From Nitrosopumilaceae archaeon (lineage in GTDB: Archaea; Thermoproteota; Nitrososphaeria; Nitrososphaerales; Nitrosopumilaceae): 22,115 nucleotides of DNA. The position numbers and the translations under genes are program-made. The number at the start of each line of letters is the position of its first letter. Position 1 is the first letter of the stretch. The notes beneath the pieces were generated by a model, which worked only from the letters and a program-made list of their open reading frames with translations, did no database searches and was not told the origin of the DNA. Location: the NCBI GenBank assembly GCA_965200155.1, contig CBDATR010000019.1, forward strand, positions 1-22,115. The letters are read 5' to 3'. Below, piece by piece: positions 15,543 to 22,115 of this stretch.

Positions 15543-15703
15543 GACATCACCAGACGGATGCTTTCATCCACAAGAATTCCTGTAGCAACGCCCATTATAA
15601 AGTAGAAAGCGGCGGCGGCCCAGATGCGAACCATAATCCCATGCGCCTTCCTATCTGTCTGCGCAGCTATCAAATCCCGGACAGGTTTGGGTGTCAAAAA
15701 CAT
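15539..15703 (-). CDS. Small membrane protein (54 aa, MFLTPKPVRDLIAAQTDRKAHGIMVRIWAAAAFYFIMGVATGILVDESIRLVMS)
   Basis: Below the track's size cut-off. TAATG overlap upstream, ATGA overlap downstream, GGGGAG RBS, one TM helix. Confidence 0.8.
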   Translation of the reverse strand: MFLTPKPVRDLIAAQTDRKAHGIMVRIWAAAAFYFIMGVATGILVDESIRLVMS

Positions 15704-16044
15704 TACTTACTTCTCCCCAACTCAGTAATCTTAGCATAGATATCGCTGGAGCGAGCGCCCCATTTCTCTTCCAATCTTCGTATCTCCGAATGCACATAGT
15801 TGCGCATGTCAGCATGTTGCTGTGTCGATTCAGCTCGCATGTGTTCGATGCGATCATACACCTTCTGCAACATCTCAACCGAGGCTTTGTCACTACTCTC
15901 AACGCTAGCGATACGTTTCTCTAGCGAGTCTACTCTTTCACGCAGACTCTTAGTAATGAAATTGATGATACGCTCGGAGGCGAAGATCAGTGCGCCTATA
16001 CCTATAACAATGGCGGCGATCTGGTTATGGGAACTATCTATCAT
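15703..16044 (-). CDS. Membrane-anchored coiled-coil protein (lysis accessory or holin-like)
   Basis: N-terminal TM IAAIVIGIGALIFA followed by a coiled coil; ATGA overlap upstream. Confidence 0.75.
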   Translation of the reverse strand: MIDSSHNQIAAIVIGIGALIFASERIINFITKSLRERVDSLEKRIASVESSDKASVEMLQKVYDRIEHMRAESTQQHADMRNYVHSEIRRLEEKWGARSSDIYAKITELGRSK

Positions 16045-16703
16045 CCTGAAGGTTCACTTTGAGTTTGTAGGGCGGCGGCCTTTGAATAGTCTCGGCAGGC
16101 CACAATCATACCGCCTATCGACTGCAGCTCTTGCCTGTTAGGATCGATATCGAGGTTGAAAGCTATGGAGGTAGCCAGGTCTTCGGGTCTGATACCACCA
16201 CGCCTCGCCACCACACCATTACTCCCGTCAATGGATTGATTGTCAGGGTGGAACACTGTGGCCTGCATCTCCGTGTTCACCTGTCCTGTGGCTAATGCGC
16301 GAAGCTTGTTGTTGGACTGGTTCATAACCAAGGTGCTCGAGGCGAAGTCAACAAAGTAAGTGGGCGATACGCCACCGAACGCTAGATATTTGAGACCATC
16401 GTTAGTAATAGCACCTTCGGCTGCGGCCCTATAAGCATCGCGCGCCTGAATAGTCCCATCACCAATGTCAATTCTCAAGCCAACACTAGTGATGTCTGAC
16501 ACCATATAAGCTACGGTGCACAGTGAATCTAGGTCTTGGGTGGGGAACATATCAGTACCATCAGGCATCTTGTCCTTTTCAAGTGCGGGGAATGCTACGG
16601 TTATAACACCACCTGAGCTTGCGTCAATCGTCTGCACTTGCGCCTTGTACCCGGGACGTGCTGCCACTGCCTTAACCCCAGCAACACTTTCAGTAAGTGA
16701 CAA
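16041..16703 (-). CDS. Probable C-terminal part of the tail fibre/spike-like protein (continues the upstream ORF after a +1 frameshift near 16734-16737)
   Basis: The TTG start lacks a properly spaced RBS, and the frame is open upstream across the stop of the 16720 ORF. Confidence 0.65.
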   Translation of the reverse strand: MSLTESVAGVKAVAARPGYKAQVQTIDASSGGVITVAFPALEKDKMPDGTDMFPTQDLDSLCTVAYMVSDITSVGLRIDIGDGTIQARDAYRAAAEGAITNDGLKYLAFGGVSPTYFVDFASSTLVMNQSNNKLRALATGQVNTEMQATVFHPDNQSIDGSNGVVARRGGIRPEDLATSIAFNLDIDPNRQELQSIGGMIVACRDYSKAAALQTQSEPSG

Positions 16704-16719
16704 ACCTGCACTAATACTA

Positions 16720-18636
16720 TTAACGCCGGTTAATTTTCTCCGTACCCGTAGCTGTGAATAATGCTATATGGGCATTGCTATCAGCGCAAGTGACTGTGAC
16801 CTGCGAAGTGGTACCGGTGCTATCAGCAACAACACCTGTCACTGGGAGATCATTGAGCGTGACAGCCGCAGTACCAGCGTTGATATTGCCAGTGAAAGAG
16901 GCACCCGCAACATTGCCATGCGCTGCCCCCACCTTAAACCACCACTGAGTGCCGTCCCACTCAATAGCAGGAGCGTATCTATATATAGTATTGGCTGGTA
17001 TCGATACATCCTCTTGCACTGCCCACTCAAGAGCTGTGTCAACTGATGCTATCTGCGCTGTATGGCTAGAGAAGGTATATGTGGATCCACTCAGGTTTAG
17101 TGGTATCACCAAGTTGCCGGTGCCCCATGTAATACCAGTATCAATCGCCACCGTAAACCTATTACCAGTCCTAGCAGCAGTATATACCCTCTTGGTGGTA
17201 CCATTTATGGTGACCAGTCTGCCAGCCACGAAGTATTCTGCGATCATATCTGCAGACCATGTAGAATTAGTTTCAAATACTACTTGGTCTATAGTGACCG
17301 CCGCCGATGGGATAGGACGCCTTGCGATAGGCTGGTTACCTGTAACCACACCATTATTCCAGGTGGGTCTGGGTACTGTCACTTCCGGGAAGTTAACCCA
17401 ATGCGCAACCATTGCGTGATAGAGCCGGGCGCTAGTCGTAATCGAGGTGTAGGCATCAACATCCGCCTTATCCTCTGTGATGGCTGGATCCACATCAAGC
17501 TCAACATCAACGCGCTCGTCGACAGTGAAGTTACCGTGAATCTTACCTATAGGAGCAGCAATCGAAAAGTCCTGTCCGGCAATAGCAGGAAGAGGGAAGT
17601 GTTTAAATGACCGCACTTCATATCGCGGAGTGACATCTATCATATCATAGGTCCTGATAGTCGTGCCCGCACCTGTAATGCCACCGGGTGGATGCGCTCC
17701 ACTCGTATTAATGTGGGACCGACCAGTGACGGCATACAGGGCGTCCATCGTTTCCGGCACGCTCAAAGACGTTATGTATGTGTCAGTCCTCGTATACCTA
17801 ATACCCGCAGGCACACCGTCACTATTAGTATCGAAGATAGCGCGTAACGCCTGCGTATTCTCAGTCTCACGATCATCCCAGTAGGAAAGCCTGACACCTT
17901 CAGCATTCCCATTCGAGTCGATAAACCGCCAACATATAGTATACCCCTCGTAGTAGTGCGGATTGCTAGACCCAAACACTATCTTCGTGTTATCAAAGTT
18001 GGCGCCTTTGTTCCAATTATAAACTGAGTTATTACCAGAATTGCCGCTGCCAATCCAACCATGCGCGGCAGTGTTACTCATATTGGCGACATCGAAACCG
18101 ACAAAGTCGAGCCTCGCTTGTCCCCAATTCAGGAACCCTGCCCCAACATTATCCACGACAACATCGCTGACTTGGGCAGGTACACCATCGATTTCCCATA
18201 CCGCAATACCACGGAACAGCGTCTTGTCCAGAATGGCGCCAGTCTTGGTATAGACGAATAGCCTCTGGCGCTCATCGCGATCCGCTATAACACAACGCTT
18301 GAGATGACGCACGCGAATGTTCTGCCTAGTAGTAGAGCCACTAGCTAGGTCCTCATTGATTATAGAAGAGTTTTCTAAATCAACATTCCTAGTATTGGAG
18401 TGATAAGTTAGCGGGTCACTCCCTCCTATAGCGTTTTCTAGTATGCGAACTTGAGACTCATTAATAATAAGACCAGCACTGCTGGCTGCCCGCAAGGCAC
18501 CGTCGTTCGATCGAATGATAACAGTCTCACCATCAATGGTACCATCAGCTGTGACCGTAGCATTGACATCAAGTATGCCATAGGTGGAATTGCGAGAGGC
18601 ACCGGAAGCGCTAGTAATGGCGCTGCTAATAGACAT
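16720..18636 (-). CDS. Tail fibre/tailspike-like virion protein (638 aa as written; about 864 aa if joined to 16041)
   Basis: AAGGAG RBS before the ATG at 18636; G/S/T/N/V-rich, beta-strand-like sequence; located between virion genes and lysis genes. Confidence 0.65.
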   Translation of the reverse strand: MSISSAITSASGASRNSTYGILDVNATVTADGTIDGETVIIRSNDGALRAASSAGLIINESQVRILENAIGGSDPLTYHSNTRNVDLENSSIINEDLASGSTTRQNIRVRHLKRCVIADRDERQRLFVYTKTGAILDKTLFRGIAVWEIDGVPAQVSDVVVDNVGAGFLNWGQARLDFVGFDVANMSNTAAHGWIGSGNSGNNSVYNWNKGANFDNTKIVFGSSNPHYYEGYTICWRFIDSNGNAEGVRLSYWDDRETENTQALRAIFDTNSDGVPAGIRYTRTDTYITSLSVPETMDALYAVTGRSHINTSGAHPPGGITGAGTTIRTYDMIDVTPRYEVRSFKHFPLPAIAGQDFSIAAPIGKIHGNFTVDERVDVELDVDPAITEDKADVDAYTSITTSARLYHAMVAHWVNFPEVTVPRPTWNNGVVTGNQPIARRPIPSAAVTIDQVVFETNSTWSADMIAEYFVAGRLVTINGTTKRVYTAARTGNRFTVAIDTGITWGTGNLVIPLNLSGSTYTFSSHTAQIASVDTALEWAVQEDVSIPANTIYRYAPAIEWDGTQWWFKVGAAHGNVAGASFTGNINAGTAAVTLNDLPVTGVVADSTGTTSQVTVTCADSNAHIALFTATGTEKINRR

Positions 18637-18647
18637 TATTAGACTCC

Positions 18648-18935
18648 TTAAGCGTAGGTTAGGGTAGCACGGTGGGGCCACGCTTCGGCCAGCGTGGTGT
18701 AGCTTGAATTGTCACTGGCGGTAGCGTCGGCACGCGTGGCATCGGCTCGCGCGATCCTTCTCACAAGCCAACCGCCGTTAACGTCTGCCCACCCTAGGTA
18801 GAAGTATTCTGCGGCTGCCTCATCTCTATCAGGCGTCGGCAGGAAGTCGCCACCAGCTACCACCACAGGCGCCGTACCTGTGCCTGTGCCTTTATTCTTA
18901 GACCCAACGGGGCTGTGGACAATCCCCAGCAACAT
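18648..18935 (-). CDS. Hypothetical virion-associated protein (95 aa)
   Basis: TGATG overlap and GGGAG RBS; in the late operon. Confidence 0.75.
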   Translation of the reverse strand: MLLGIVHSPVGSKNKGTGTGTAPVVVAGGDFLPTPDRDEAAAEYFYLGWADVNGGWLVRRIARADATRADATASDNSSYTTLAEAWPHRATLTYA

Positions 18936-19195
18936 CAGCTAATCTCCCAGTCGATAGTCTCGCCACTCTCAACAGCCGTACAGCGTAGCCTATACTGCCT
19001 TCCTTGACTACCACTAAAGATAACATCCTCGGCATCAGCAGTCCACCTACCATCCGGCACATTACGCCAACCACTGTTGATGTTGCGCTGCAATTGCACA
19101 GTACCAGTGCCACTAAAGTTTAGCGAGACATCTGCTCTCGTGTTGATGACAACAGTTGCACTCGTACCAGCCGCTGAAAAAGTTCCACTAGCCAT
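18935..19195 (-). CDS. Small beta-rich virion-associated protein (86 aa)
   Basis: TAATG overlap and GAGG RBS; GTVQLQR...W..V...YRL pattern. Confidence 0.78.
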   Translation of the reverse strand: MASGTFSAAGTSATVVINTRADVSLNFSGTGTVQLQRNINSGWRNVPDGRWTADAEDVIFSGSQGRQYRLRCTAVESGETIDWEIS

Positions 19196-20187
19196 TACTT
19201 GTATACCTCATCTTCCAGGGTGTTTAACACAGGGCGAATATAGGATACATTCGCAAACGGTGACAACCTCCGTATAGCCTTAAAGGTTGTTTGATTAGGT
19301 TCAGACGCTGTTCCAATTGCCTTCTGCAGGTCCTTCACAAAGCCAACCGAAGGACCACCCGCATCAATGATAGGATCATCAAATGGGCGATAACTCTTTG
19401 AGGTCGATTCGCCTGAGAACTGTACAAAATCCGCAACCCCGGGTATCTTAGATCCGATATTCAGTATTTCCTGCAACGGGCCAAGTAGACCACTGCGGTT
19501 GATAGACTCATCCATCCACTTATCATAGTCTGCATTCCGCATCCGGGCTGCTTGATCTTCTCCAGCAAGGATTGACCATGTATACCACGACGCGGCACCC
19601 AATGCAAGCGCCATTCCGCTACCTGCCAAAATATTTAGGTTGCCGTACTTCAGTTCCTGCGCACTATACAGTAGTGTCTTGGTAATGGAGGCGAATGCGA
19701 AGCTACGGAACTGAAAGACTAGCTTGCCAAACATAGTCTCGTCCATGATAGCGGGACGCTCGAAACCCGGTGTCACAATGGTGTCGTCTGTCATGCGCAC
19801 GATGGCTTGCCGAAACATTTGCGCAACCTGCGGGTCTTGCCAATCCTCGGTATTAGGCACAAGCACGCCTTTATAGTTGGATGCACCACCTGCTTGTATC
19901 TCAGCCCAGATCGCATTAGCCTCTTCCTCGCCAATATTAATATGGGCCAGGAATCGTTCAGCCGCAGCCCGATTACCCTTGCCAGTCTGCAGTACCTCGA
20001 TGTCATGTATGATGCGCTGCATCGTGATAGTGCCGACAGTCTGTTTCCAAAACGCATTCCAGAAATCAAACAGCGCTATCCTGCCCATGTTGTTGGTGCC
20101 AAACTGCAAAAGGCGTTCAGCTCTACCACCTACACCATAATCGTCAACAGTGTCTGACATAGCCTGCAGTCGCGCATGCGTCAACAA
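19195..20187 (-). CDS. C-terminal part of a large virion (internal/ejection-type) protein, joined to the upstream ORF by a -1 frameshift near 20223-20226
   Basis: The frame is open upstream of the TTG and reads AREARYAGAGLDLLTHARL; contains LVFQFRSFAFA. Confidence 0.7.
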   Translation of the reverse strand: MLTHARLQAMSDTVDDYGVGGRAERLLQFGTNNMGRIALFDFWNAFWKQTVGTITMQRIIHDIEVLQTGKGNRAAAERFLAHINIGEEEANAIWAEIQAGGASNYKGVLVPNTEDWQDPQVAQMFRQAIVRMTDDTIVTPGFERPAIMDETMFGKLVFQFRSFAFASITKTLLYSAQELKYGNLNILAGSGMALALGAASWYTWSILAGEDQAARMRNADYDKWMDESINRSGLLGPLQEILNIGSKIPGVADFVQFSGESTSKSYRPFDDPIIDAGGPSVGFVKDLQKAIGTASEPNQTTFKAIRRLSPFANVSYIRPVLNTLEDEVYK

Positions 20188-22115
20188 GTCCAGGCCTGCA
20201 CCGGCGTAGCGAGCTTCGCGAGCCCCGCCTCCAACGCCTTGAAGTTGGTAAACATGTGACGCAGGCCATCACGGTAAATAGATTCTACTCCCAGTCTCTT
20301 GACTAGGTTAGCAGGATCCGCAACTGAAGCGATCACGACGCCGCCCATCAACCTCAGCGTATTGAGATTGAGCAGCGCCTTGCCGGCACGCCAAGGTATA
20401 CTCTCCGGATCCTCAGGTATACCCCGCATGTCACGCGCACGCTCTACTACCTCGCGTATCTCCTTGACCCCGCGCGTGTACTCACGGTTGATACGAGCAA
20501 GTGCCTTTTCCGCTTCTTTCCCTTCAAGCTCCTCTTTTGCTTTAGCCCGCATGTCTTCGACTTCTTTATTCACGCGCTCAATAAACTCAGCTCCTTTACC
20601 TATAGGGTTGACGGAGCCGAATGTCCGATACACTTCAAAGTCTGCGCCCACCGTACGCGTGTAGATGCGCGCCAGATGATCAAGGTCTCGTTCCATAAAG
20701 TCAGCGTAACGATAGCCGTTAGACCATACCCTCAGCGGGTCGATGTTGAGGGTGCGATCCAATTCGGGGCCACGCTCCAACAACGTTGACACAAGCGGAA
20801 TGCGACCAACCTCTTTAAGGAACTTAGACGAGGTGACCTCGGCTTGTTTACGCGCTATCTTTCCTATATTAAACTCTGCCCCTGCAATATCCCCGCCTTC
20901 ATCCAGCAGCCCTTGCTTGACAAGACGAGCGTACACATTACCATAGTCGCGATCGATATCTTCTTGAATTTCAGCCTTCCTCTCCGCTACAAGTTCAGGA
21001 TCATATTTCTTCTTGTCCTCAATCAGCTCCATCAGACGTCTTTCACGCCGTCTCATAATAGCCGTCTTTGCATCGTTGAGGTCGAGAAGGCGTGTTTGCA
21101 ATGTATCCGCAAACTTACTCGTCAGCTCGTTACGCTTATGCGTTCTAAGCCTTACATCTCGCGCGAACTCATTAAGTGTCGTTAGTTCTTCCTTAAAATA
21201 TTTAATTTCTTTTAGCTTTTGCTCTATCTCCTCCTCAAGTTCTTTAATTCTAGCAACATTCTCCTGTTCTGGTTTACCTTTCTTATTCTTACGCTCGTGG
21301 CCTAAACGACTTCGGGCGGATCGCACTTGTTTTTTTAGTTGGACGACGTGTTTATCAACTATTTTATCCATATCCCAATCAATAAAATCAATAACCCTTT
21401 CAGATTGAAAAGCTTTGTTGAATCTAGTAGGATTTTCATCTAACCTATCAAGAAACTTCTGATAGGAAGGAAATATCTTAACTAAACGCTTAGCCTCAGC
21501 ATATACCTTCTTAATATCCTTGTCTAGTTGCGTCAAATCGGCTTCTTTTATCTCTTGAGGCCTCCTTACAATAACACGTGCCTCAAGTCCATAGCTAACT
21601 GGCCCTACCGTTTCTAGGGTCTCTACATTTTGCTCCATTAAAGAGGGACGAGTAGAAAGATGTAACGCCTTCGCCATCAGCCGATTAATCTCTCTAAACT
21701 GAACATCCTCAACGCGCGAGATTTCCTCGTTCTGTTTAAACATCCTCCGTTCAAGCGCAACCTTGCCCTTGCGTAGATTGGCGAGACGCTTCTTCATTAC
21801 ACGAACCTTCTTTTTAGCGTCGGGTCGATCCTTCATCACCTCAATATGCGTTGTCAACATCTCTTGCAGCTCATCAAACTCTTCTGGCGACGCCTCCAGA
21901 TCCTGAATAGCCTGCTGTCTCCCAGCCGTCCTTTCTTCGAGCTTATTCAACGCACTATTAACTCTACCGCCTATTACTTCTGCAAAGTACTCTGTTAACA
22001 CCTCTACAAACTCTTCATGCTTGCCAGTTACAATCTGGCGTCGCACCTTATGAGGCACATACTCATCGGGATTCATCCACTTTTCTGAGTCAGTAAACCC
22101 TAGCCGTTGCGCTTC
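20181..22115 (-). CDS. Large helical/coiled-coil virion protein, 5'-truncated by the window edge
   Basis: The frame stays open from 22115 (EAQRLGFTDSEKWMNPDEY...); extensive coiled coil. The apparent tail LAKLATPVQAWTC is out-of-frame sequence. Confidence 0.75.
   Translation of the reverse strand, partial: EAQRLGFTDSEKWMNPDEYVPHKVRRQIVTGKHEEFVEVLTEYFAEVIGGRVNSALNKLEERTAGRQQAIQDLEASPEEFDELQEMLTTHIEVMKDRPDAKKKVRVMKKRLANLRKGKVALERRMFKQNEEISRVEDVQFREINRLMAKALHLSTRPSLMEQNVETLETVGPVSYGLEARVIVRRPQEIKEADLTQLDKDIKKVYAEAKRLVKIFPSYQKFLDRLDENPTRFNKAFQSERVIDFIDWDMDKIVDKHVVQLKKQVRSARSRLGHERKNKKGKPEQENVARIKELEEEIEQKLKEIKYFKEELTTLNEFARDVRLRTHKRNELTSKFADTLQTRLLDLNDAKTAIMRRRERRLMELIEDKKKYDPELVAERKAEIQEDIDRDYGNVYARLVKQGLLDEGGDIAGAEFNIGKIARKQAEVTSSKFLKEVGRIPLVSTLLERGPELDRTLNIDPLRVWSNGYRYADFMERDLDHLARIYTRTVGADFEVYRTFGSVNPIGKGAEFIERVNKEVEDMRAKAKEELEGKEAEKALARINREYTRGVKEIREVVERARDMRGIPEDPESIPWRAGKALLNLNTLRLMGGVVIASVADPANLVKRLGVESIYRDGLRHMFTNFKALEAGLAKLATPVQAWTC

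Larger units (their letters stand above)
1..22115. mobile_element. Fragment of a tailed dsDNA bacteriophage genome (early/replication arm on +, late/lysis arm on -)
   Basis: Densely packed genes with overlapping start/stop codons, a phage-type PolA/recombination module, a holin-endolysin cassette, virion-type proteins, and no housekeeping genes or integrase in the window. Confidence 0.95.

Noticed and set aside
1375-16342. Frequent CTCGAG sites
   Set aside because: Largely accounted for by Leu-Glu codon pairs (CTC GAG); no evidence of a signal without a proper count.
1-22115. Alternative genetic code or stop-codon reassignment
   Set aside because: Genes tile tightly under the standard code and use TAA, TAG and TGA as real stops; the two breaks are frameshifts, not in-frame stops.

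Overview
The whole window is a contiguous piece of a tailed dsDNA bacteriophage genome with no host genes. From left to right: (1) a leftward ORF running off the window start. (2) An AT-rich control region with divergent sigma70-like promoters flanking an ungapped 85-bp imperfect inverted repeat centred at nt 841 (candidate origin). (3) Rightward early hypothetical genes. (4) A recombination/replication arm: UvrD-like helicase, HIRAN protein, RHH-like regulator, Fe-S PD-(D/E)XK nuclease, Sak4-like ATPase, SSB-like protein, ParB-methyltransferase fusion, UDG + 3'-5' exonuclease, dCTP deaminase, family A DNA polymerase, DUF3987-like ATPase and a cupin. (5) A convergent late arm on the minus strand: large virion protein, small virion proteins, tail fibre/spike-like protein, membrane proteins, holin and GH24 endolysin. 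The most notable points are as follows. The PolA is split through its proofreading domain (ExoI/II on a UDG fusion, ExoIII on the polymerase chain) with a dCTP deaminase gene at the break. The polymerase has Asp at the steric-gate position and His at position 762, and no primase is visible. A multi-conformation RNA-like element with anti-SD motifs lies at 5585-5701. Two late genes are broken by single-base frameshifts in 4-nt homopolymers, probably sequencing errors. All family calls come from motif recognition by eye; no searches were run.
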